This document shows, piece by piece, positions 7,424-16,203 of a DNA stretch of 32,000 bases. Position 1 is the stretch's first letter. The number at the start of each line of letters is the position of its first letter. The stretch spans positions 3,180,001 through 3,212,000 of the forward strand of contig NC_009483.1 of NCBI RefSeq assembly GCF_000016745.1, read 5' to 3'. The notes beneath the pieces are model-generated. The model saw only the letters and a program-made list of their open reading frames with translations. It searched no databases and was not told the origin of the DNA. The stretch comes from Geotalea uraniireducens Rf4 (GTDB lineage Bacteria > Desulfobacterota > Desulfuromonadia > Geobacterales > Geobacteraceae). Both the position numbers and the translations under genes were made by a program.

Positions 7424-8250
7424 ACAAGTGGGGTTGTCGGATCGGGCTGATATCAGCAGGTTTTTTTGCCCTGTCGCTTTCTTTCGAGATGCACGCATCC
7501 TGGGCCGTCGAAAGAGAAGAACTGGGGCAGGTACTGAAAATCATGCCTCCCAACGGCCCTGCTGAGCAATACGGCAATGTAGTCATGCGCCGCAGCAGTA
7601 AAAAATCGGGTATGCCACCGGTCGTATTCCCCCACTGGAGCCACCGTGGCCGCTATACGTGCCGCGTCTGTCACAGTGAGCTGGAGTTTGCCATGCGCTC
7701 GGGTGGAAGCGGGATTACCAGGGGGAAATATCTGGCAGGAAAATTCTGCGGCGCCTGCCACAACGGAACAACGGCGTTCAGCGTCAGAGATGAAGAACCG
7801 AGGCAGTGCGACCGTTGCCATATGAAAGATACGGCCGCCCTGAACAAGCGGTTCCGAAGTTTTGCCGCCGGCCTACCAGCCACATCATTCGGCAACAGAA
7901 TCGACTGGGGAGCAGCGCTGGCCGAAGGTTTGGTTGCTCCGCAGAAAACGTTATCGGGAGGGACGTTGTTGATCAAAACACCTGAAGCTTTACAGAAGCC
8001 GCTCGATCTCGGGACAAGCGCGCCCCGCAGCTCCGTTGCATTTTCCCACGGGGAGCACCTGTCTGAAATGGACTGCAGCATCTGCCACCCTGATATCTTC
8101 AATATCAAGAAAAAGGGAACCAGGCTTTTCTCAATGGAAATCAATATCTATGGACAGTTTTGCGGCGTCTGTCACATGCGGGTAGCTTTCCCCATGAACG
8201 ATTGCCGCAGATGCCATATGGGCATGGGCAAAAACAGTTCCGGATATTAA
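7420..8250 (+). CDS. Periplasmic hexahaem cytochrome c made of two c7-type trihaem domains
   Basis: Signal-peptide-like N-terminus. Six CXXCH motifs (CRVCH, CGACH, CDRCH, CSICH, CGVCH, CRRCH) are arranged as two repeats of F.H..H...C..CH...F...GK.CG.CH...AF...C..CH, which I recognise as the c(7)-type trihaem domain pattern. Confidence 0.8.
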   Translation: MNKWGCRIGLISAGFFALSLSFEMHASWAVEREELGQVLKIMPPNGPAEQYGNVVMRRSSKKSGMPPVVFPHWSHRGRYTCRVCHSELEFAMRSGGSGITRGKYLAGKFCGACHNGTTAFSVRDEEPRQCDRCHMKDTAALNKRFRSFAAGLPATSFGNRIDWGAALAEGLVAPQKTLSGGTLLIKTPEALQKPLDLGTSAPRSSVAFSHGEHLSEMDCSICHPDIFNIKKKGTRLFSMEINIYGQFCGVCHMRVAFPMNDCRRCHMGMGKNSSGY

Positions 8251-8257
8251 AATGAAA

Positions 8258-8298
8258 ACCCGTCTTAGGGGGAGCCTGTCAGGTCACGTAAGACGGGT
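8258..8298. terminator. Hairpin between convergent genes (10-bp stem, ACCCGTCTTA/TAAGACGGGT)
   Basis: Perfect 10-bp inverted repeat (8258-8267 and 8289-8298) with a 21-nt loop, between the cytochrome stop (8250) and the lipoprotein stop (8321). The flanking T-runs are weak. Confidence 0.4.
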
Positions 8299-8320
8299 CT
8301 GCATTGTTCCATTACTTCTG

Positions 8321-8992
8321 CTACTTGATTGAATATGAAACCAACTCCATGTCGCCGTTTTTGACCAGTCCTACCCCGGCAGCATACCAGCTATAGGCGG
8401 GTAAAGATGCAACGGAGCCGACAATGTTAGTTTCCTGTATCTTAATGGCGTTAAAAGAGCCGGCAGCAACTTGTACCGTTTCCGTGCCGACAACGGTCAA
8501 CGTAGTCGTCTTGCCGACCGGGGTTCCACCACCGTCTATTCCGACTAGAAGTGTATAATTAGACGTTTCAACATTACCAACCGTAGTATTGGATGGGAAT
8601 ACAAGGAGCCCGATAGAACTGACATCATATTTTGATGTAAATTCCACCTGGTTTGCATTGATAACGCCGCTTACCGTTTCAAGCGTTAAGACTATCGAGT
8701 TGTTTGATATGGTATAAGTGCTGTATTTAGGTGGTTCACTGCCGACATTGGTTCTGACTCTGCCATCATTTGTTACCAGTTTAGTGACAGCAGCTTGGTC
8801 TGCCTTGCGATAGGTCCAGGTACTACCGGCCGTTAACGGGAAGTAACTGCCTTTCTCTCCGGCAGAAACAGTGACATTGCCGCCGGTGTTGTCATTCGTG
8901 CTACCGCCGGTAATACCGGGAGTGCCGCCACCACTACCGCAGGCAGAAATAAAGAGGGTGAGCAGCACCAATAGAACCAATTTTGTACGCAT
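8321..8992 (-). CDS. Uncharacterised lipoprotein
   Basis: Signal peptide with a lipobox (LFISAC), a Gly-rich linker and a beta-rich body ending ...WYAAGVGLVKNG.... An AGGAGGA RBS precedes the ATG. Confidence 0.7.
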   Translation of the reverse strand: MRTKLVLLVLLTLFISACGSGGGTPGITGGSTNDNTGGNVTVSAGEKGSYFPLTAGSTWTYRKADQAAVTKLVTNDGRVRTNVGSEPPKYSTYTISNNSIVLTLETVSGVINANQVEFTSKYDVSSIGLLVFPSNTTVGNVETSNYTLLVGIDGGGTPVGKTTTLTVVGTETVQVAAGSFNAIKIQETNIVGSVASLPAYSWYAAGVGLVKNGDMELVSYSIK

Positions 8993-9213
8993 GATTTCCT
9001 CCTGACAGCGCGCGATTTGATTACATGTTTCTTATTAAGCAATACTCAGACCAAAGAGGGACCGGCAACACTCAGCACCCCTTGGTCAAGGCATTTTACT
9101 CGTCATATTGAATGGTTACACATTGCATGAGGCGTAACCTTCCAGCTCTTGCCGGGTGAACCGTTACGCCAAATAGCCAGTAGATAGATGATCTTGTGTT
9201 CAATGGAGGGATT

Positions 9214-9636
9214 ATGAAAAAACGGATATTGACAGTATCGGCCATGATAATGCTGGCCGGTTGCGGGGATTTTGAATGGTTCCCGGAAGAGAAACCAGCA
9301 ACAACCATTACGGCATCAACACCCACCGCCGATTCCTCGACCTTCACAAATCAATGCGGGGTGCAGACAAGTACGCAAATAACCTCCAACGCCGTAACGG
9401 TATCGGGAATCACCGGTCCGACATCGATAAGTGTTTCCAACAACAATGACAGTCAGTACTCCATCAATGACGGACCCTTTACCAGCTCTGCGGGCAATGT
9501 CAGCAGCGGCCAGTCGGTCAGGGTCCGCCACATCTCGGCAGCCGACACCGGCACGGAAAACTCCATCGTCACAACCACACTGACCATCGGCGGTGGAAAC
9601 AGCACCTTCAAGACCGACACCAATCCCTGTCCTTAG
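9214..9636 (+). CDS. Uncharacterised small lipoprotein (beta-sandwich-like)
   Basis: MKKRILTVSAMIMLAGC lipobox. A GGAGGG RBS precedes the ATG at 9214; the track ORF starts at 9196. The body is Ser/Thr-rich. Confidence 0.65.
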   Translation: MKKRILTVSAMIMLAGCGDFEWFPEEKPATTITASTPTADSSTFTNQCGVQTSTQITSNAVTVSGITGPTSISVSNNNDSQYSINDGPFTSSAGNVSSGQSVRVRHISAADTGTENSIVTTTLTIGGGNSTFKTDTNPCP

Positions 9637-9672
9637 GGACGATCACGTTTTAACCAATTGTCGACCTCCTTT

Positions 9673-9891
9673 CAGCGTTGTCCGGTTTGGTTTGTGCATC
9701 AAGGTTGTTAAGCCCCATTAGGGGCGTTTGAATGTAGCCGGGGGATTCATCCCCCGGATGAGATGCTATATTTCCCCACGTCACGTACGTGACGTGATGA
9801 TATTTCGCCTGGATGACCGGGGAATGAATTCCCCGGCTACCAGTATTCTGTCCCTACGGGACGTAAGCAAAAACCAAACCGGACAACGCTG
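9673..9891. mobile_element. 219-bp foldback MITE-like element with 21-bp perfect terminal inverted repeats and a 9-bp target-site duplication
   Basis: The left TIR is CAGCGTTGTCCGGTTTGGTTT (9673-9693). Its perfect reverse complement lies at 9871-9891. The direct repeat ACCTCCTTT flanks both ends (9664-9672 and 9892-9900). Each arm carries homologous small hairpins (GCCCCATTAGGGGC / GTCCCTACGGGAC and CCGGGGGATTCATCCCCCGG / CCGGGGAATGAATTCCCCGG). A 20-bp perfect palindrome, CACGTCACGTACGTGACGTG, sits at the centre (9777-9796). There is no coding capacity. Confidence 0.75.
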
Positions 9892-9935
9892 ACCTCCTTT
9901 AGAAGTTTCTGCCCCGTTCAAATCCGCATCTCCAT

Positions 9936-9963
9936 AAAAAACCCCGCCTCTTGCGAGGCGGGG
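9936..9963 (-). terminator. Rho-independent terminator of the giant cytochrome operon
   Basis: On the minus strand: CCCCGCCTC-GCAA-GAGGCGGGG followed by TTTTTT. It lies about 35 nt after the stop at 9998. Confidence 0.8.
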
Positions 9964-9997
9964 CATGATGAAACATCACAGGGCATTGCTGAACACG

Positions 9998-12900
9998 TTA
10001 TCTTGCGGTGTACATCCCACCGGAAGATCTCGTGAGATACCCTTTGAGCTGGCTGATGCTGGTCGGATTTCCATCAGGAGCAGCAGTCCGGGCCGTTGAG
10101 TAGTTCGTGAAGTTGAGGATCTGGTTCACGTCAGCATTGGCAGCCGGTCTGTAGACCGAGCCATTCTGCAGATACTGGACCGAGTCGAAGATCAACGCCC
10201 GCGTGAAGGCACGGTTGTGAACATGGGCGCCCTTCTCAGCCTTGAGGAGCTTGTAGTTCATTGCTGCGCCCATGTTCTGCGCGCCAGTGCCGGCAGCAGG
10301 ACCAACGCCGCCGCCAAGGGTCCAGTTCTTGAGCGTACCACCGATCGCGTTCTGGAAGTAGGGGTAGTTGTCGGTGTAGATCATGTTGTTCTGTCTCAGG
10401 GTCCAGTCGAAGAAGTCCATGGCCCTGTCGAAGATCTTCTTCTCGCCTTCGATGAGCTCTTCGATCGGTTCGCTGGTATGGCAGCCATAGCAACCGCCGA
10501 GTGTGGTGGTGTTGGTGCCGTTCGTGGATTTCGCAGTTTCAGCAGCCCCGAAGGTATGGGTGTTTGCAGGACCCATGTGACAAGAGACACACTGCCCCTT
10601 GTTACCGGAATCAACAATCCTGCCGGGATTTTTGTCGCTCTTGGCAGTGGAGAAGTTGCCCATGCCAAGCTTGCCATGCGACCAGTTTGCATTCCTGCCG
10701 ACCTGGACAGTGCCGTCGGCTTTAACGGCGCCGTACGTTTGATACCGCAGCTTGCCGGTGTTGGAGGTGTACCACTGGAAGCCGCCCTTGCCGTAGAACA
10801 CCGCTGCTGCGCCGAGGTAGTGGGGGTTCTTGAAGCTGGCGTTGGCGAAGTCGGCTACGCCGTTGGCAAGGGACGTTCCGTTTTCGCGGCTGGCGTGGCA
10901 GGTGATACAGATGTTGGACTCACCGACATCTTCGTACTGTACGTAGTTGACGCTGGCAGTTGGAGCGGCGCCGTAATCACCACCGTACACCGCATTGTAA
11001 CCGCCGGCGATGGTCCGGACGCTGGTCTTCCAGGCGGTACTGCTGTGGCAGGCGTCGCAGCCCAGCACCTGTTTCGTGGTATCGCCTGCACCGAAGGAAG
11101 CGCTGACACCGGCGGCGAAGTTGTTGGTTACGCCCTTCACGAAGCCGGCGGTGGTGTGACAGACAACACAGCCTCCGGACCTTGTCTTGAAGTCGTAATC
11201 GGTCCAGGCAAGCCCGTTGATGTCACCATGGGCTGATTCGGCATAGTTCTCCAGGATGCTTGCCGTAGACATTGAAGAGTACAATGCTTTATCGGCCCTG
11301 ACTGCGCTGTAATTAGGCGAATCAGTACCATGACCGTAGCCATGGCAGTAGTTGCACTGCGTGCCGGGTGTTACGAACTGGGCCTGGGTAAACGTCTGTC
11401 CCGGGACCAGAGCACCGGTGGTGTTGTAGTGCGGCGCCTGCTCGACGCCTGGAACAGCTTCACCTGAGAGTGTACTTCCGGTGCCGAAGTGACAGCCCAT
11501 GCAGCCGGGGTTGTTCAACTGGGCCAAGGCCTGGCTGGCCGTTTGCGAGGTGATGACCGTCGGGTTGTAGTACTGCGACGTCGGGGAATTGGCCATGGCC
11601 AGAACAGTGTTGGCCGAGGAGTTGTTTGTGACGTTGTCGTCAAGCCAGTCGATGGAGTCGAAGATGAGTCGCCTGGAGTATGCCGGGTTGTGAACGTAGG
11701 CGGCCTTGTCGGCGGTTTTGAAGAGGTACCAGTTGAACCAGGCGCCTATGTTTTTCTCGGCTATGGCGTTGTCTTTGGTGCCGCGGCTCATGTCAAAGGC
11801 TTTACGCTCAGGAAGAACGTTAACGCCATCCAGCGTGAACCCTTTTTTGACGAGCAGGTTGCCAAGGGCCGCAACTGCTGCATTGAATTCATCCTTCTTC
11901 GCCTGGATGTCCTGGTAGGTGAAGTCAGCCGGGTGGCATTTCACACAGGCAGTGCTGACGATGCCGTTGATCTGACCGGTGATCGCATCTGCCGTTACTG
12001 CTTCCAGAGAGTGCGTTTTAGTTGATGTCATGTGGCAGCCGGCGCAGTTACCCGAGGTAACGCCGGTATTGTTGTAGCCGGTCCCTGTTCCGTTGTTGCC
12101 GATGCGGATGTGACGCATGCGGTCCTGGTATCCCTGTGCGGAGGTGAACTCGTATCCGCCCTTTCCGTCGACGATTGCGGCCGGCTGTGCTTCATGCGGA
12201 TACATGCTCGTTCCCACGGAGTACTGCTTGAAGGCCCCCTGTGCAAACAAGGCCTTGATGCCGGTACCGGCAGCGCGCTGGCTGTGGCAGGGGATACAGA
12301 TGTTGGAGTTCTTGTTGTCGGTGAATTCAAGATTTACGACCATTTTCGCCGGTGCTATCGCCACGGTGCTGTAACCATAGAAAGACTTGACCTTGGCGTA
12401 ACCTGCCGGCAGAGGCCGGACCGCCCCTTTGAAGCTTGTGTGGCAGCCGCTGCAGACAAGGGGTGCGCTGGCTTTATCCAGGGTCTTGGCGACGGGATCA
12501 AGATAGACCTTGTCGATGTTGCTGAAGCCGGAATCCCAGTACTGCGCGAAACCGCGGGCAGAGTGACAGCGGATGCAGTTGGTCTTCTGGGGTGAAACCT
12601 GATAGTTGACGCCGTCACTCCCCTGGCCGTTCCAGTTGTGGCTGGCATTGCTGACGAACGCTGCTGCATCAAGTTTGCCGTGGCCGCCTTCGGCCCAGCC
12701 GGCGTTGATGCTGTTGTTGTGGTAATGGCAGTCAGCGCAGGTGGCGCCACCGGAGGTAATGTAGGAGGCCGTGGGGAAATACCCGCCGGCATCGGCAGTG
12801 CCGGTCTGGAAGTGCGGCGCTTTGCCGCTCTGGTCGGCATTGTAGATACCGTAAGGCGAGTCGGGAGTATGGCAACTCTGGCAACCGGTTGCGGCGACCG

Positions 12901-14803
12901 GGCTAAGAGATGAATATGCCCCGAAGGTAGCCTCGGTCGAATGCGGGTTGTGACAGGCGACGCAGGCGTCCTTGTCCATCCCCTCAAGTTTTGCATTGGC
13001 GCCGGTGAAGTGTGTGGATTTCTCGAAAGCCTTTACAGACCAGCCGTGGTTACCACCTGCATGACAGGTGTAGCACGTGGATTGTGCAGTCGCTGCAAGG
13101 CCGTGTTCATCGTGGCAGGCAATACATGCATTCCCGCCGGGACGTGAGTATACTACCTGGGTGACAGGGTCGGTATAAGTTATGTAGGTAGTGGATTTCC
13201 CGTTGGAGACATATGCTGCGGGGCCGGGTACAGGACCCATGCCGGGCCTGAAGTGGCACCGGTAGGCGCAGGTTACCGTGCTGCCGTTTTCTGTTGTCGT
13301 GTAACTGTCGTTGGCATTGAGATACCCACTTGAATATGTGCCGTGTGACACGACTTTTCCGCCGGTAACGGTCGTGTTAAGTTGGTTCGCGAATTCCGGA
13401 CCATACTCTAAGTTATTCTGCCAGTGCTTGCTGCCGAAGAATTCATTCGGCACTTTGCCGTGCTTGCTCCCGGTGTGGCAGGTTAAGCAGGTCGTCTCGT
13501 ATGTCGCCGAGAGTTTGTGCGGGTCATGGCAGGCAATGCAGCCATCTCCGCCGGGACGTACCTTTACCTTAGTAACAGGGTCAACGTTATTCGTGTCTCT
13601 CTTGCTGGGGTCAGGGCCCATTCCCGGCTTGAAATGGCACCTGTAGTAGCAGGTCATTTGCTTGCCGTTTTCCAGTGTCGTGTAGGTTTCGTTGGCGTTG
13701 GCCTCGCCTGCCACCGCGCCACCGGTAAATTCCGGGCCGTACTCAAGATGGTTGTTCCAGTGGGCACTGGCTTGAAATTTGGTCGTCTCAGCGGAAGAAG
13801 GGGTGTGACAGCTCAAACAGGTATTGTTGTTAGACGTCTTTGTGGTTACGGTGCCGGGGTGGGCGGTTGTTTGAGCTCCGTTATGGCATTCCGTACAGGT
13901 AAGAGCCGATTGGTGCGTTGAGGCTATGTAATCGCTAATCATCTGGGCACCTGCTGTGGTGCTGGAGTGACAACCAGCGCATTGGTTGGAAGCAGCCGCC
14001 GCTGAGTCAAAAGCATTGATCTTGACGGTATCACCGGCAGTGTTGCCCGTGGTGTCTGTCGCCGTCAGCTTAAGAACATACATCCCCGCCACATCGGGAG
14101 TAAAAGTGGCGTTTGCCGAAGCGGGGTTGACGATGCCAGCCGTCGAACCTACAGGCCGGGACTCGACAGTCCATGCAAAGGATGCGATGCTCCCGGCCGG
14201 TGATGTGGCGTTGCCGCTGAGAGATGTCTGCATCCCGGTAATGACACTCTGATCCACCCCGGCTTCGGCGGTCACCCCCTTGAATATCGCAGTGATGGCG
14301 TGGTCAGCCGTGACGTTGGTGAGTGTGTAGGTCATGCCGGCGGGATCGGTGATTGGGACGTCCGCTCCATTATCCTTCAGCTGAAGGATCGTGTTGCCGA
14401 TGTTGGGCTTGATGGTGAACGTCTTGGACTTGCCGTACCCAACCGCCGTGCCGGTGGGGCTGGTGATCGAACCGCCATTTGATTGAACAGCCGTCACCTG
14501 GAAGGTCTGCGCGGCGAAGTAGGCAGTGAGCGTCTGCATCGTCGACCTGTAGGAAACGTTTACCGTGGCTACCTTTCCCTGGTCGACATTGTTCAGGAGA
14601 ACCTTCGAAACTGCATTTCCAGTAATGGGCGTAATGGTAAAGGTCTTGACCGTGTTGGTGGTAAAGTTGGCGTATCCGTTTGGGGATACGCTGCCCATGG
14701 ACGGCTGGGCGGATGTCGCCTTGACCGTCCACGTTGACGCCGCATTGACGATTGCCGGCAAGGCAAACGACAATGTCAGCAGATATATGAGTCTTCTTAA
14801 CAT
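9998..14803 (-). CDS. Giant secreted multihaem cytochrome c (1601 aa; 22 CXXCH plus 2 CX3CH) with N-terminal Ig-like/PKD-like domains
   Basis: Signal peptide (…AIVNA/AS). Residues about 22-270 are haem-free beta-sandwich repeats, followed by a PKD-like segment (FAWTVESRP...YVLKLTATD). I counted 22 CXXCH by hand, plus CYYRCH and CAYRCH. Residues about 346-449 and 458-587 are an internal tandem duplication. Two C-terminal pentahaem modules each end in a (A/G)xVHN..(Y/F)..(R/A)LIFDS helix. A GAGGAG RBS precedes the start. Confidence 0.9.
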   Translation of the reverse strand: MLRRLIYLLTLSFALPAIVNAASTWTVKATSAQPSMGSVSPNGYANFTTNTVKTFTITPITGNAVSKVLLNNVDQGKVATVNVSYRSTMQTLTAYFAAQTFQVTAVQSNGGSITSPTGTAVGYGKSKTFTIKPNIGNTILQLKDNGADVPITDPAGMTYTLTNVTADHAITAIFKGVTAEAGVDQSVITGMQTSLSGNATSPAGSIASFAWTVESRPVGSTAGIVNPASANATFTPDVAGMYVLKLTATDTTGNTAGDTVKINAFDSAAAASNQCAGCHSSTTAGAQMISDYIASTHQSALTCTECHNGAQTTAHPGTVTTKTSNNNTCLSCHTPSSAETTKFQASAHWNNHLEYGPEFTGGAVAGEANANETYTTLENGKQMTCYYRCHFKPGMGPDPSKRDTNNVDPVTKVKVRPGGDGCIACHDPHKLSATYETTCLTCHTGSKHGKVPNEFFGSKHWQNNLEYGPEFANQLNTTVTGGKVVSHGTYSSGYLNANDSYTTTENGSTVTCAYRCHFRPGMGPVPGPAAYVSNGKSTTYITYTDPVTQVVYSRPGGNACIACHDEHGLAATAQSTCYTCHAGGNHGWSVKAFEKSTHFTGANAKLEGMDKDACVACHNPHSTEATFGAYSSLSPVAATGCQSCHTPDSPYGIYNADQSGKAPHFQTGTADAGGYFPTASYITSGGATCADCHYHNNSINAGWAEGGHGKLDAAAFVSNASHNWNGQGSDGVNYQVSPQKTNCIRCHSARGFAQYWDSGFSNIDKVYLDPVAKTLDKASAPLVCSGCHTSFKGAVRPLPAGYAKVKSFYGYSTVAIAPAKMVVNLEFTDNKNSNICIPCHSQRAAGTGIKALFAQGAFKQYSVGTSMYPHEAQPAAIVDGKGGYEFTSAQGYQDRMRHIRIGNNGTGTGYNNTGVTSGNCAGCHMTSTKTHSLEAVTADAITGQINGIVSTACVKCHPADFTYQDIQAKKDEFNAAVAALGNLLVKKGFTLDGVNVLPERKAFDMSRGTKDNAIAEKNIGAWFNWYLFKTADKAAYVHNPAYSRRLIFDSIDWLDDNVTNNSSANTVLAMANSPTSQYYNPTVITSQTASQALAQLNNPGCMGCHFGTGSTLSGEAVPGVEQAPHYNTTGALVPGQTFTQAQFVTPGTQCNYCHGYGHGTDSPNYSAVRADKALYSSMSTASILENYAESAHGDINGLAWTDYDFKTRSGGCVVCHTTAGFVKGVTNNFAAGVSASFGAGDTTKQVLGCDACHSSTAWKTSVRTIAGGYNAVYGGDYGAAPTASVNYVQYEDVGESNICITCHASRENGTSLANGVADFANASFKNPHYLGAAAVFYGKGGFQWYTSNTGKLRYQTYGAVKADGTVQVGRNANWSHGKLGMGNFSTAKSDKNPGRIVDSGNKGQCVSCHMGPANTHTFGAAETAKSTNGTNTTTLGGCYGCHTSEPIEELIEGEKKIFDRAMDFFDWTLRQNNMIYTDNYPYFQNAIGGTLKNWTLGGGVGPAAGTGAQNMGAAMNYKLLKAEKGAHVHNRAFTRALIFDSVQYLQNGSVYRPAANADVNQILNFTNYSTARTAAPDGNPTSISQLKGYLTRSSGGMYTAR

Positions 14804-14902
14804 AGGGATCTCCTCGCATAATAATGTTAAAGGTTTCCATGATGATGAAATACAATCCTAATAACAATCAGGAGAGACGTTTTTAACAACCTAACCGGTC
14901 CG

Positions 14903-15715
14903 TTACTTGTTGTGGCAGGTAACGCACAGTTGCGAGCCGTTCTGCGGAGCGTACACGAAGTAGTTCACCGAGGATTCAGTGCGGCCGCCGGGTGCAGATG
15001 CGTCGACGACCGTGCTTGCCACGTTGTCCTTGTTGTGCACATCATGGCAGCTGGCGCAGGTCATGGTCGTGCCCAGGTGCAATACGTCCTTGATCTGGAC
15101 ATTATTGGGATTACCTGCAAACGGAGTGCTTTCCTCATTGATCCCTTGATTCAGTTTGCCACCGGCATTTTTATCCGCGGTTTTGGCGTCTATATAATTA
15201 AACCCGATCGGATGGTCGCTGATCAGGCTGTCGCCGGCGCCTACTGCGCCATGTTCGGAATCTTTTATGGAGAAGATGTCGCCGGTAAGTTGTGATGTGC
15301 CGGAACCGGTTTCGTTTGCGTTGGTGTAATGGGTATCTATGGCGACGACGCCGTCATGACAGCTCATGCAGAGCCGGGAAGGCCCGATGAGTGGGTCGCC
15401 GATGGACGCTTGCAGGGTGTCGCTCGCATAAGGGGCATAGTTCTTCTTGGTCAGTTCGTGTGACCAGAGCGGTAGGTAGTCGGCATTGTTTGCAGCCGGA
15501 TCATAGGCATGGTGAGGCGTATGGCAGAATGCGCAGACACGCTCCTGCACATCACCTTGAACGGTAAGACCTTCGGTATTCTGTTTTGCGTATGCGTTGA
15601 TGTCATGTCTCGATCCCGTGATACCTCCGCCAGGGGCGGTCCAGGCCAAAGCAGTTGCCGTACCGGCAGCTATAATGGCGGCAAGAGTAAATGCAGCTAA
15701 AAAGTTCTTCTTCAT
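14903..15715 (-). CDS. Secreted tetrahaem cytochrome c of the doubled-CXXCH type (possible OmcS/OmcE-like class)
   Basis: Signal peptide and 4 CXXCH motifs (CAFCH, CMSCH, CASCH, CVTCH). The layout RHD..........CAFCHTPHHA...PLWSH...LCMSCHDGVVA...DHPIGF...CASCHDVHN...LCVTCH is colinear with the N-terminal half of the 584-aa cytochrome at 20599-22353. A perfect AAGGAG RBS precedes the start. Confidence 0.85.
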   Translation of the reverse strand: MKKNFLAAFTLAAIIAAGTATALAWTAPGGGITGSRHDINAYAKQNTEGLTVQGDVQERVCAFCHTPHHAYDPAANNADYLPLWSHELTKKNYAPYASDTLQASIGDPLIGPSRLCMSCHDGVVAIDTHYTNANETGSGTSQLTGDIFSIKDSEHGAVGAGDSLISDHPIGFNYIDAKTADKNAGGKLNQGINEESTPFAGNPNNVQIKDVLHLGTTMTCASCHDVHNKDNVASTVVDASAPGGRTESSVNYFVYAPQNGSQLCVTCHNK

Positions 15716-15939
15716 GATGTGATCTCCTTTTCAAAAGCATTTGAAATGACTTCACTCTGTTTTGTTTCCCGGCTTTCGATTGATATTGTTCTCTTTCAAC
15801 CTTACGAACTACCCATTCCTGCACTGTTTTCATTCCTGAAGGGAAAAACGTTCGGTCACCTCCTTTCACCCCCTGGTTGCACGGAAAAGTTCGTTTGAGT
15901 AATGGGCCGCACGACGCTTTAATTATTTATAATTAATAA

Positions 15940-15955
15940 AGCATTACTGATGCCA
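15940..15955 (-). promoter_or_regulatory. Candidate sigma-54 (-24/-12) promoter, TGGCAT-N5-ATGCT
   Basis: The minus strand reads TGGCATcagtaATGCT, with the invariant GG and GC at the canonical 12-nt offset. It lies about 225 nt upstream of the tetrahaem cytochrome ATG. A sigma-54 activator gene is encoded 1 kb upstream. Confidence 0.55.
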
Positions 15956-16203
15956 CCATTTACACACGGTTGTATGTTTGGTTCCTGTTATTTGTGTGCC
16001 CTTGCGCAAGTTGTCTGTATGACCGCATCTATAAGGGCATGGGAGCCAAGGGCAAATGTCGGAGCCGCTTTCGCAGTAGGATGTACCGACCCGATAACAG
16101 CCGATTGCTCCGGCACAAACGTTACTTAAAAGTAACATCTCGGTGTTATAACGTATCCGCTTGCAGGCGTCCGAGTTTGCACCGAGGGCGATGCACCATG
16201 CTT

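Noticed and set aside
10217-11236. Long antisense ORFs inside the cytochrome, kinase and NHL genes: 10217-11236, 20698-21975, 5198-6067, 26579-27364, 18150-18779 and many shorter ones.
   Set aside because: These are shadow frames opposite well-supported, motif-rich genes in GC-rich DNA. Their compositions are low-complexity and Arg/Gly/Val-rich, and they lack RBSs.
15716-15930. Long (~215 nt) 5' UTR of the tetrahaem cytochrome, examined for a GEMM-I (c-di-GMP/cGAMP) riboswitch of the kind found upstream of Geobacter cytochrome genes.
   Set aside because: I could not find the conserved ACGCAAAGC-type core or the paired GNRA-tetraloop/receptor hairpins. Only a GAAAGCCGGGAAAC fragment is present. 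An Infernal scan would be decisive.
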